Origin: Malacoraja senta
Lineage: Eukaryota
Length of the DNA stretch: 64,000 bases
Assembly (NCBI GenBank): GCA_038087875.1
Contig: CM075977.1
Span: 29,264,001 to 29,328,000 of the forward strand
Direction: 5' to 3'
Of this stretch, positions 37,749 to 49,700 are shown piece after piece; the stretch's first letter is position 1; each line of letters starts with the position of its first letter. The notes beneath the pieces were generated by a model, which worked only from the letters and a program-made list of their open reading frames with translations, was not told the origin of the DNA and searched no databases. The translations under genes and the position numbers were made by a program.

Positions 37749-38261
37749 TTGGCCTCCACTGCCTTCCACAGAATCCACAGAATCATATCTCTCTGGGTAA
37801 AAAAACTTATCTCACATGTGGGCATCCGTATCCCTGACCATTGCAAGGCTGTCAAAGGTTACAGACTGATCTGCTCTGTGGGAGCTAGCTGAGTAACCTG
37901 GTATGGGGCTCTGCTGGATCATCCACCATCAACAACAGCAAAGCAAGAGGGGGGTGAGAGGGGAAGGGAACATCAGCCTGCACTTGCATGATTCAAAAAG
38001 GAATAAAAGTACTGCATTGCCAATATAAATTAATTAAAATCTTTGTTCTTAATGCTGAAAGCAGTTGTACCTGCTGAGTTAACACCAACTCCCCACGGAA
38101 CATAAATCCACTTAAATCATTATATTCTGGCAACCCAGGTTTTTAATTGTACCCACAATGGCTTCCCTTCACTGTTTTGGGCACTAAATCAAAAGCATTC
38201 TGCTCAGTTACACCGCCCTCCTAAATAACCCATCTTTATTGATTGCCTTAACATAGGTTAA

Positions 38262-38660
38262 GATCATAAGATCATAAGCGATAGGAGTAAAATTAGGCCA
38301 TTTGGTCCATCAACCCTACTCCGCCATTAAATCATGGCTGGTCTATCTCTCCCTCCTAACCACATTCTGCTGCCTTCTCCCCATAGCCTGCAACACCCAT
38401 ACTAATCAAGAATCTATATAGTTCTGCCTTAAATATATCCACTGACTTTGCCTCCACAGCTTTTCGTGGCAAAGTATTCCACAGATTCACCACCCTCTGA
38501 CTACAGAAATTCCTCCTCATCTCCTTCCTAAATGATCATTCTTTAATTCTGAGGCTATGACCTCTAGTTCTAGACTCTCCCACTAGTGGAAACATCCTCT
38601 CCACATCCACTCTATCCAAGCCTTTCACTATTCTGGATATTTCAATGAGGTCCCCCCTCA
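38262..38660 (-). mobile_element. CR1 3' fragment
   Basis: CR1 ORF2 end and 3'UTR; same subfamily as 51660-52032. Confidence 0.8.
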
Positions 38661-38984
38661 AGATGATCATTTGATGATGATGCCAAAGCAGCTTAACCAG
38701 TTAGGTTCTGCCACAGTGCCAGGTGTCAGCCTGGGTGATTGATGTGTCTGATGAGAAATGGCAACATGTGACCATGAAAGGAGCGGACTGGCCTGAAGCT
38801 GGGAGTTTGAGCTGAATTCAGAAACCCTGCAGAAACCCTGAAGGCGCAAACCCTGCAGGTTCACCCAGTAATGGTTCCTGGCACATGGTAGAGACTGAGG
38901 GTAAAAGGAAGAGTGGTGATCTTCACAGTTTAAAATAAACCAGGTTCCTTTTGCCGCCATGCCAAGAAGGGCCTAAAAATGGAT

Positions 38985-39104
38985 GGATGACGTTTCAGGT
39001 TTGGACCCTTCCGAAGAAGGTCCTCGACCCGAAACGTCACCCATCCTTTTTCTCCAGAGATACTGCCTGACCCGTTGAGTGACTCCAGCACTTTGTGTCT
39101 ATCT
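38985..39104 (+). mobile_element. Penelope-like module with short inverted arm
   Basis: ccgaagaaggtcctcgacccgaaacgtcacc followed by the family body. Confidence 0.65.
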
Positions 39105-40218
39105 TTTACTAGTGCATATTCTGTTAATTTAAATAAGGCGGGAATAAAAAGCTAGTTTCAATAGCAGAGACCCTGTCACAACAGGTCCGTTTCACTGTGA
39201 TCCTTTAAGAAAGGGAAGCTGCCATCCTTACCCAATCTGTTCTCCACCCAAGCAATGTCATTACAACTTAAGGGCTATATCCCAGCTGTCCATAGCCCAA
39301 GTGGTAGTAGTGCGGAGTAATAATCACTGGCCTTGCCAACATCCAGCTCCCATGACTGGTTACGCAAAATCTGCTTGCTTGGATCTCAGCCATCATTTCT
39401 CATGAGGACAGGCACATGTATGAACAGTCAAAATGGGTCAACTCTGGATGGTGACCAACTAGATCGTATCACACAGCTTAGCTGGAGGGGCTGCAAGGAA
39501 CGTTAGGGCACACCTCACACAATACACAAGAGGCCGATGAGAACTGGATCTCATTAAAGTCAATGCCAGCACAGAAAGAGATCACCTTGACCTTACTGCT
39601 TCTTGCTCAGAACCCAGCCACACAGACCAGTTCCCACTGGATAAGATCTTACAGACGGGTACCATTTATCTTACTCAAGTTATGCTCTAGTTATAAGAAG
39701 CAGGCAGAGGTCAAATCACCTCCAAGCCTGATGTAATCATACTTCTGACAGCATAACCCACTCAGGTCATGTGCAAAGTGAACTGGACACACCTTTGGAA
39801 CTGATCCACTGGATTTTGTGTCATGCACTTCAATGATAAAATAAGTGCTAAGCCAACAGGGCATCTTCTGAAATTCTCAGCTGCAAACTCTTGTGCCATC
39901 ATTTGTTGCTACTGTTGTTTTGGTAATAGAATTCTCAGCTTTGGTTGTATTTACCAACTGATGACTTACAATTGGTCTCACTCTGGCAATGCTAAAGTTC
40001 TCGCCCGTTCCTCCCTTTCCAATCCCTGCCAGATCCTTGGATTTTTAAGACCTCAACACTCTTGAACTTTTCCCTCTCATTTACAGCGGATGACTGTCAC
40101 TGCACCGCTGTTGACTCTGGTCCAAGCTCAGGAACTTTTTGTAAACGTCTTGCCTCATTCCAAACCTCTTTAATCCATCCCTTAAATTAACCTCTTCATC
40201 CCAACGGTTCTTTATGTT

Positions 40219-40368
40219 TAAAACATAAAGTGCTGGAGTAATTCAGCATGTCAGGTAGTGGGGTCAATGATTTGGATTGCTCCCTTCTTCAGACGATACA
40301 GTCTTACCCAGTGAGTTACTCCAGCACTTTATGTTTCCTACAAGATTCCAGCGTCTGCAGTTCCTTGT
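40219..40368. mobile_element. Older Penelope-like inverted unit
   Basis: 12-bp TSD gttctttatgtt at 40207-40218 and 40369-40380. Confidence 0.6.
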
Positions 40369-41479
40369 GTTCTTTATGTTACTTGGCATCAAATTTTGTT
40401 CCAATGCATTCTCGACATTTTCTGGTACTTTTGATTGAAGGAAAGGTGCTGCAAGATCTGAATGAGTCACAGAGTCGTACAGCACAGGATTCGCTCCTTT
40501 AACTCAGTCAGTTCACATAAACAAGCAAGTATATATTTACATTAATTCCATTTGCCATTCCATGATCCATTCTATCCTTCTATGCCTTGGTGAACAAAGT
40601 GCTCAAGATGCATTTTAAATGTGGTGGGAGTATCTGTCTCCTTCACCCTCCCAAGCAGTGCATCCCCAAACTCCTACCATTCTCTGGGTGAGAACATTCT
40701 TTCTTATTTCCCCATCCACAATTCTCAGTTTGAACCTATGCCCTCTGATGTTTTAACTGCAGCCAAGGGGGGACATTTACTGTTACCTCATTTGTACTCC
40801 TCAATTGGATCTCCCCTCAGCCAGCTTTTCTGCTCCAAGGAAAACCCAATCTATCTGGACTCTCCTCCTGACTAATATGCTCCATCCCAGTCAATATCCT
40901 GGTGAATCCCCACCGCACCCTCTCCAGAGTGAAATCTACATTTTGGTTGGCACTAATGAATATTCAGTCCAATGTGGTCCTGTAAACATTCACTGGGCAT
41001 TTTTGCACCAACCTTCTTTGCATTAACCCTTAGTGCCATACAACTGATAGGATGCACAGTCACCTCATTCATTCTTCAATTGCATGTGTTCCTCAGAGTC
41101 AAGTTCAGGACAATTACTTTATCAAATAAGCAGTTTAACTCAAGTGCTAGGTACAACAGTAACCTGGGTGAGATTTAGATCACAACCACTATTCAATCAA
41201 CATGTCATATACAATGCCTGTGTGCTGAATTCAGCACCTACGCTGAGTTCTGATAACCAATGGGCTTACTGGACTCTTTGGATCAATTTTGTGATGTAAA
41301 CTTTAAGGTGCCCAGATGGATCATCAAGTTATCCTGTGTATAGCTATAATTATTTTGTAATGAATTGGCTAATCTCACCTGCTACAAGACCGGGGGGAAT
41401 GCTGTGGTGTCAAAGACGCTAATGATGACAGTAATGACAGTTTTGATGACAGTTTCCGATAACAGTTTAAACCAAGGAT

Positions 41480-41693
41480 TTTTATGTCTCATTGTCACCG
41501 ATTCCTCAGCCAACAATGTGCCATCCTTGATCATCGTCTGCCTTGATCGGTTGTTTTCACACCTTACTCATCCATATCTCTAGTTTCCCTCACCTCTGAC
41601 TCTCAGTCGGAAGAAGGGTCTCAACCCAAAACGTCACCCATTCCTTCTCTCCAGAGATGCTGCCTGCGTTATTCCAGCATTTTGTGTCTATCT
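41480..41693 (+). mobile_element. Penelope-like 3' fragment with longer upstream sequence
   Basis: ctcagtcggaagaagggtctcaacccaaaacgtcacc followed by the family body. Confidence 0.6.
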
Positions 41694-41699
41694 CCATCT

Positions 41700-41915
41700 A
41701 CTCTCTCAGGTGAATGTAAACCATCTTATGCCACTATATAAGAACACAAAACATATTGTTCTTGAACTGGTAATATTTACGCCTCAATCAACTTTTCCAG
41801 AAAAGATTATCTGATTATTAACATATTGCTATTGGTGGAAGCTAATTGCAAACATAATAGCTGCCAACTAACTCGCTTTGAGATATCCTAATGCTATAGA
41901 AATGCAAATCTTTTT
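41700..41915 (+). mobile_element. Ancient DeuSINE (AmnSINE1/SacSINE1-like) remnant
   Basis: caggtgaatgtaaa..., aatatttacgcctcaatcaac, agattatctgattatt..attgct, gctatagaaatgcaa resemble the Deu domain and tail (recognised from memory of the consensus). Confidence 0.55.
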
Positions 41916-42077
41916 TGGAATGCTGAATTGGTTCCCCAGAAGTCAAAACAAACCAGAGCTGTCAATCGGTTTAGCTCAAGCATGAAGACAAAGGGTTGAA
42001 AGGTCTGATTCTGAGCTGTAAATTTATATGACAATGTAATCACATACATGCGACTTTGGTGATAAAATGATCAAATG

Positions 42078-43335
42078 GTATTAGTTTATTATTGTCACGT
42101 ATACCGAGGTATGGTAAAGGATATTGATTTACATGCTGTCCAATTAAACATGAGTACAATCAAGCTATACACACGCACAACTGGTAGTGCAAGGAGAACA
42201 ATAATCAGACTGCAGAATATAGTGCTACGGCTACAAATAAAATGCAGAGTACAAAAAGCTACAAGTGCCGCAATGAAGTAGGTTGGAAGACCAGGACTAC
42301 ACCCTTCGCTAATGTGAATTCCACTCAGTAGCTTGATAATGGAGGGGAAGAAGCTGTTCCTGCATCACTTTCAGGCTTTTGCATCGTCTGCCCAACAGGA
42401 GAGACAAGAAGGAATGACCTGGCTGTAAGTGGTCTTTGGTTATGTTGGGTGCTTTCCTGAGCCAGTGTGAAGAGTAGATAGATTCAATGGAAGAGAGGAG
42501 GAGAGTGATTGGTGATACATCCACAACCCTCTGCAATTTCTTACAGTCTTGGGCAGAGCCGTTACCAAACCCATTCTATGGTGCATCTGAAGAATTAGTA
42601 AGAGTCAATGGAAACCTGCCAAGCTTAGTTTAGTTTAGTCTATTGTCATGTGTACTGAGGTACAGTGAAAAGCCTTTTGTAGTGCGCTATCCAGTCAGCA
42701 GAAAGATTAGACATGATTACAATCGAGCCATCCACAATGTATAGATACAGGACAAACGGAATAACATATAGTGCAAGATAAAGTCTAGTAAAGTCCAATT
42801 AAAGAAACTCCAAGGGTCTCAAAGAGGTAGGTCAGGACTGCCCTCTCCTGAAGGGGAGGGAAGAAGAGGGAGTGGCCAGGGTGAGACTCGTCCTTGATTA
42901 TGTTGGTGGTCTTGCTGAGGTAGCATGAAGTGTAGATGAATCAATGAAAGGGAGGTTGGTACGTGTGATTTTCTGGGCTGCGTCCACAATTCTTTGCTAT
43001 TTCTTGCAGTCTTGGATGGAGCTGTTCCTAAACCATGCTGTGATGGATCCCAATTAAATGCTTTCAACAGCCCATCTGTAGAAGTTGGTGAGAGTTGTTA
43101 GCGAAATGCCGAACTTCGTAAGCCATCTGAGAAAGTAGAGGCGTTGGTGTGCTTTTTTGGCTGTAGCTTCAATGTAGTTGGGCATGGACAAATTCCATAT
43201 TTACACCTAGGAACTTGAAACTTTCAACTTCAGCACCTTTGATGCTTACTGGACATGTACCCCATTTCCACCCCGTTTCTTCAAGTCCATGACAAACTTC
43301 TATGACTTGCGGACATATGAATCCGTGTGGTGATG
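42078..43335 (-). mobile_element. Two adjacent Rex1/Babar-like LINE fragments
   Basis: Tails at about 42080 and 42625; homologous to 34329-35190 with internal deletions. Confidence 0.75.
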
Positions 43336-44009
43336 TCAGCGCCTCATACACTTTTAACTAATACTCACGGAGCTTGTGAATAAAGCTTTTGTGCAGATTC
43401 CGCTCGGAGTCAGTGGCTTCTCCAGAGTCACGAGCAGATAATCTGAAGTATCTGTGTAGTACGAACCGTAAACAGTTCCATGCAGTGCGCAAGATATAAA
43501 GGTGTCTAGCACAATGAATGATGAGCACTGTCGAGCAGTCTCAAGAGCAATAGAGACCTTGGTTAACACACTCAGTTATTGGACTAGTGTCAAGAGGTCT
43601 GAATTGTTGAGTTCCAATCGCATCACCATTATTGAATTCATGTAATTGAATAAATCTGGAATTAAAACACGAGTGCATAAACTACTGGATTGGTGTGAAA
43701 ATAATGTTTCACTAACCACCAATAGGGTTTGCAACACTATTTAAATGTTGGTCTGACCACATCCCATGTAATTTACAAAAACAACATCAAAACCGGCCTG
43801 CTTTTCTCACTGCTATTCTTGGTGACTTTGTCTGTATAAGAGTGACTGTAAATGAAAGTAGCACACATGACATTGGTACTCATGAATGGAAATTGTTTCA
43901 TTTTCTTGTCCAGTGAATCATGAGGATGGAATACATGAGAACAATCAGGAGAGGGAAAATCAGGAGCAATAAAATCGAATGAGTAAGATGTCAACTTCAT
44001 CAGTTTTCT

Positions 44010-44292
44010 GTGTGGCGGAGGCTGAAGGGAAACCTGACAAAAGTACATACAATTCTGAGCATAGAGTAGGACCGTTTCCCTCGGGTGGAAATGTCTAAAA
44101 CTAGATTGCCTTACTGTGGGTGCCTGGAATGTTTTACCAGGGGTGGTAGGGGAGGCAGACTCGACAGTGGCATTAGCAGGGGATGGAGGGATATGGATCA
44201 CGTGCAGGCGGAGGAGATTATGTTAATTTGATATCATGTTCATTACGCACATTGTGGGCTGAAGGGCCTGTTCCTGTGCTGTACTATTCTGA
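44010..44292 (+). mobile_element. Old CR1 3' fragment
   Basis: CR1 ORF2 end remnants; tail gggctgaagggcctgttcctgtgctgtac. Confidence 0.65.
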
Positions 44293-45420
44293 GTACTACT
44301 GAGGTAAAGGTCACAGTGGGATTAGCAAAGCAAATGTCAACTTGCTTCGTTCTGAGCTTGCCAAGGAAGTTGTCCCAAGCACTTCAAGGTCAGCATCAAA
44401 GGACAAGCTATTTATTCTCTACAGTTCCATTTTCTCTCTTGTAACTCTTAGACGAAAGCTGCCGAAGTAGAACACCCACGGCACGTGTACGCTGTGTTCT
44501 TGGTCTGGCTGGAATGCACTTTATATTGAGATATCAATCTAAGAGGTTAAGGGGCGGAATCTGTAAAATCGGTTAAACATAAAGAAAATTCAAGTGCACA
44601 CTCTTCATTCACCATCTGCATATCTGCTGGAGGCTAAGATACACCTACACATTTTAGAATCACCCTGCAGTTTCATGATATTCTCAAATGGAAAAAGTGA
44701 AGACTACTTTTTTTCTCTCGAAGGTATGCAATATATTTCCTAAGACAAATAGCTCCCAAGTTTTGAATTACATTGCACATTTTCTGAATTTACATTAGTC
44801 TTGACTTGTCTTGGTGAACACACTGTGGTACTGTAAGCTGAACTGACAGCTCAATTGTTCCAAGTACAAGACCAGAGGCACTTGGAATGATTGGTGTAAT
44901 TGTTTATATAGGATAACCTAGTTTTTGCAGCATTGATATCCAGTTTATCGTAACATGAGTTCCTTCAGAGTTTTGCACTAGACAACAATTCTCCCATTAC
45001 AGTGGAAAGGCTGTGGATCCCCACGGCAGAAGACCAGGACCCTGTACAACCCCGAGGACCAGAGAGGAGGGTGGAGGGAGTCGGTGATGGCTGACGAAAA
45101 AGCAAAGGACCGGTAAGAGAACCAGGGTCTTACCTTCCAGGCCCTTAAGGTCAGCTGAAGAAGGCACCGCCCAGCACAAAGGTTGAACAGGGGCCCAGCG
45201 AGGAGAGGGACGACGGTTCACTGGCTGATCGGGGCCGAGTGGATGACTGGAGGCTCGCCTGGATCAGGGATCGCTATAGAAGACCATGTGTGTGGACCGG
45301 AAGCGGCCTACAACGGACGCGTGCAGAAGGCCAGGCCGACCCTGCAACGCTGCCAGGACAACGGTCCTTTATGGCCAGCTGCACTTAAAAGCAACTTAAA
45401 CTTTGAAAATAACTAAGTAA

Positions 45421-46213
45421 TGGCCCTGACCCACGGGCAGGCGGTTACAGGCGGTGAAGCGCGGCGTAGCAGGAAGTGGGGACCGCGCGTGGACTGCTAG
45501 GGGACCGCGCGGGGCCCGCGGGGTCGGTCCCACGCAGATCGCCGGAACCGTATGTAGTTGGTCCCGACACCGTGCGGTGCTCAGAAAGACTGACACTGTC
45601 CAAAAATCTCGTGCGGCAACGGCCTGCCGCCCCGCTGCCGCCTCTTCGCCGCGAGCACCGCCTGGACGGCGCGAGCACCGCCTGGACGCCGCGAGCACCG
45701 CCTGGACGCCGCAAGCCGTCTCGACGTCATCGCGTAGCGCGTTGCGTTGCGCGATGATGTCATCACCCGACGCCGCGCTCGCCACATGCATTCGCATGCT
45801 CGTGGGACCGGCCGTACGGTAAACACTCGGCCTCCGCGCGGCAACCGCTTCCGGTTACGTTGCATTTGCCGCATGCTCGTGGGACCGGCCGTACGGTAAA
45901 CACTCGGCCTCCGCGCGGCAACCGCTTCCGGTTACGTTGCGTTTGCCGCATGCTCGTGGGACAGGCCGTACGGTAAACACTCGGCCTCCGCGCGGCAACC
46001 GCTTCCGGTTACGTTGCGTTTGCCGCATGCTCGTGGGACCGGCCGTACGGTAAACACTCGGCCTCCGCGCGGCAACCGCTTCCGGTTAGGTTGCGCTTGC
46101 CGCATGCTCGTGGGACAGGCCATACGGTGGCACCCACGCGGCAGCCGCGCGGTCCCCACTTCCTGCTACGCCGCGCTTACCGCCTGTAACCGCCTGCCCG
46201 TGGGACAGGGCCT
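45421..46213. mobile_element. CpG-rich PIF/Harbinger-type MITE (793 bp) with ~70-bp TIRs
   Basis: TIR tggccctgacccacgggcaggcggttacaggcgg... / ...ccgcctgtaaccgcctgcccgtgggacagggcct; TAA TSD at 45418-45420 and 46214-46216. Confidence 0.85.
45794..46128. repeat. 77-bp tandem array (4 full units + partial) inside the MITE
   Basis: Units start at 45794, 45871, 45948, 46025 and 46102. A 20-bp repeat x3 lies at about 45648-45710. Confidence 0.92.
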
Positions 46214-47325
46214 TAAGTAAGTAAGTAAGTTTATTGGCCAAGTATTCACATACAAGTAACAACATGACATACAGTGACAATTACGAATGACTCAGAAAAC
46301 ACTAAGCATGAATAATAATAAAACATTAATGATAAAACACTATTGATCAAGCATGTGAACCAACAAAATACCAGATCAAAGGGAGGCTACATATTTTTGG
46401 CTGTTGAGTAGAGCAACTTCTTGCCATAGAGGGAGTGCAGAGAAGGTTCACCAGATTGATTCCTGGGATGTCAGGACTTTCATATGAAGAAAGACTGGAT
46501 AGATTCGGTTTGTACTCGCTAGAATTTAGAAGATTGAGGGGGGATCTTATAGAAACTTACAAAATTCTTAAGTGGTTGGACAGGCTAGATGCAGGAAGAT
46601 TGTTCCCGATGTTGGGGAAGTCCAGAACAAGGGGTCACAGTTTAAGGATAAGGGGGAAATCTTTTAGGACCGAGATGAGGAAAACATTTTTCACACAGAG
46701 AGTGGTGAATCTCTGGAATTCTCTGCCACAGAAGGTAGTTGAGGCCAGTTCATTGGCTATATTTAAGAGGGAGTTAGATGTGGCCCTTGTGGCTAAAGGG
46801 ATCAGGGGGTATGGAGAGAAAGCAGGTACAGGATACTGAGTTGGATGATCAGCCATGATCATATCGAATGGCGGTGCAGGCTCGAAGGGCCGAATGGCCT
46901 ACTCCTGCACCTATTTTCTATGTTTCTATGTTTCTAACTACTCGTTTTTATGTCTGGCTGTGGCAGCTTTGACAGTCCGGAGTTGTCTTCCAGAGGGAAG
47001 TGATTCAAAGTGTTTGTGGCCAGGGTGAGAGGGGTCAGAGATGATCTTGCCCACTCGCTTCCTGGCCCTTGCAGTGTACATTTCATTAATGGAGAGAAGG
47101 TTGCAGCCAATAACCTTCTCTGCTGATTGGACGATTCACTGCAGCCTCCAGGTGTCGTGCTTGGTGGCTGAGCCAAACTCGACCATGATGGAGAAGGTGA
47201 GAACAGACTCTACGATGGCCGTGTAGAATTGGACCATCATTGCCTGTTGCAGATTGTGCTTCCTCAGCTGCCGTAGGAAGTACATCCGCTGTTGTGCCTT
47301 TTTGACTGTGGAGCCAATTGAGCCA
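46214..47325 (-). mobile_element. Rex1/Babar-like LINE (second subfamily), interrupted by CR1
   Basis: KKAQQRMYFLRQLRKHNLQQAMMVQFYTAIVESVLTFSIMV; (ctta)n tail. Confidence 0.75.
46418..46936 (+). mobile_element. Young 5'-truncated CR1 with (ctatgttt)n tail
   Basis: QRRFTRLIPGMSGLSYEERL...GYGEKAGTGY; same subfamily as 52978-56858. Confidence 0.92.
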
Positions 47326-48305
47326 AAACCTGGTGACTCTTGTATATGGACTATTTCTATACACGTTGTACTTAATGGAAGATTATGCTTATATATTTCA
47401 ATACTTTACTGAGCCGTATGCAAAAAAAATGTCACTGTACCTCTGTACATGTGATAATCAAGGACCATTGTAATGTCCCTCGGCTGTGTTGTACATTGGC
47501 TCCTGGCATGAATCATTCCACTTGCAGCCAGAATAAAATGGCAGGTGAGCTCTGCCAACAATGAGCATTTGCTCAGTTTGGGGGCAGCACTTTACCCTGG
47601 GTGAAGTATAAGAACAGATATTTACTCAGGTATTCGCGACCTTCCATTTACAAAAGGGTTACCTTCCTGTAAAATGCTTCATATCTGTACATCATAAGCA
47701 AAAATGCGAAATGCAGATTGAGATTTTGATCCAGTGTGTTCCTGCTTGTTGTGGCAAAAAATAGCGTGGTAAGTTGATGACGCAAACCCAAAAGAGTTAA
47801 AGGCATTATAGACATGAACTTTACTTATAGATCTTTGTAAATCAAGAAATACCAGTGTAAAATTACAACCAGACTCAAAGCGGAGTCATCTTGATGCCAG
47901 ACTTGTTAATACCACAGCCCATGTAGATGGCTAATGTTGAGCTGGACTGGGTGGTCAAGCCCTCATCACAAGTACAGGCTTGGCCTCAAACTGGCCGGCA
48001 TCTACCAGGATACAATTGGGCGCTGTCTGGCAACTAGGCTCTCGTTGCACGTCTGTGTGTGGGTGATCGAAGGCTGGCGTGGACTCAGTGGGCCGAAGGG
48101 CCTGTTTCCATGCTGTACCTTTCAATTCAATTCAGTCTCCTCCAGGCGGCACTCCTGCACAATGCCAGTCAACGATTGGAGAGGGGGGGGGGCAACATGG
48201 CAGAGGGAAGACCAGGCTGAATGGCCAGGAATGGTGTTCTTCCAGGCAGTGCAGGACAGTCCAATTCAGTCCACCTTGCCGAGAGCCTAGTGCACTCTCC
48301 CATAC

Positions 48306-48625
48306 TTTAGACTTTAGACTCTGGACTTTAGAGATACAGCATGGAAACAGTCCCTTCGGCTCACCGAGTCCGCGCCGACCAGCAATCATCCCGTACATTA
48401 GCACTATTCTACATTCTAGGAACAATTTACAATTTACAGAAGCCAATCGACCTATAAACCTGAAAGTCTTTGGAGTGTGGGAGGTAACCGGAGCACCCGG
48501 AGAAAACCCATGCGGTCACAGGGAGAACGTACAATCTCCATACAGACGCTTCCTGTAGTCAGGATCAAATCCAGGTCTATGGCGCTGTAGGAAGCAACTC
48601 GACTGTTGTGTCACTGTGCTGCACA
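48306..48625 (-). mobile_element. HE1-type SINE
   Basis: Reverse copy with (ctttaga)n tail. Confidence 0.8.
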
Positions 48626-48939
48626 TTGACTGGAGATCTCTGGCAACTCCCACAACATGAAGCCTTGCACACGTTCTCCAACCACAGCCCTTGGTCTATC
48701 TCAGAGGTCACTGGTGAAAAGGGAAATCCATCAGCATGTGTTCTTCAGAGTGTTCCCACCTCATTGACCTGCACATTTCAGCCTAATGCCATGGAGCAGA
48801 GAGATCCTGGAGCTTAGAGCAACTTACTCATTGTTCCACGAACCTTCACCACCTGCCTTGTAAAAGCATTGGCCCAAACTTCTGGAAGCAGCAGGCTGAT
48901 GGGCTAGAGGGAGGCAGTACGGGACACTTAATGTAATTA

Positions 48940-49700
48940 TCATCAGGATGAAGGCATCGCAGACAAGGCGATTAGTAAGTACCTGTCTCCAATTGCCCTT
49001 GAGGAAGTGGTGGTGAGTTGGCTTCATGAACTGCTGCTGTTCATTTGGTGAAGATGCTCCCACATTATGAAGATGTTTGGGCTGGAATTCCAGTATATGG
49101 ACCCACCAACAGTGGATGGCAGTATATTTCCAAGTCAGAATAGTGTATGACTTAAGCAGAACCTACAGAAGGTTCTGTTCCCAGGTCCTTGTTGCCCTAG
49201 TCCTCCTTGGTGGAGGAGAAGGACGTTTGGGAAATGGTGCTGAAATAGCTGAGGTGAGTAATAGCTGTTAGACACAAAATGTTGGACTAACTCAGTGGGA
49301 CAGGCAGCATCTCTGGAGAGAAGGAATGGGTGACGTTTTGGGTTGACATTTTATAGATGGTACACTCTGCAGTCACTGCCCGCTGGTGGTACAGGGAATG
49401 AATATTTAAGGTAGTCGTTGGGCTGCTTTGTCCTGGATGATGTTGATCTGCTTGAATGTTATTAGTGTAGCATTCATGCAGGCAATTGAAGAGTATTCTA
49501 TCATAATCTTGACCTGTACTTTGTCAACAATGAAAGACCTTGCAGTGTCAACAGACGAGTCCCTCACCACAGGATACCTAGGCTCTGACCAGCTATTGTA
49601 GCCGTGTTATTTATATTGCTAGCCCAGTTTCTGATCAATGGAAACCCCAAGGATATTGAAGATGAGTGACTCAGTGATGGTATTGACCTTGCCTATCACA
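48940..49700 (-). mobile_element. Ancient non-LTR retrotransposon 3' fragment
   Basis: 3' end ccacttcctcaagggcaattggagacagg...gatgccttcatcc; heavily decayed; contains a Penelope-like module at about 49270-49347. Confidence 0.45.

Noticed and set aside
44997-45410. GC-rich stretch as a possible exon
   Set aside because: Shares tatagaagaccatg with the reverse strand near 61567-61580, suggesting a repeat fragment; no coding signature.
45794-46128. CRISPR-like array
   Set aside because: Units are contiguous near-identical 77-mers with no unique spacers, inside a MITE in eukaryotic DNA.
45396-46280. Multiple overlapping Arg/Ala-rich ORFs, or a CpG-island gene promoter
   Set aside because: Explained by the high GC content and tandem repeats of the MITE; no transposase motifs.
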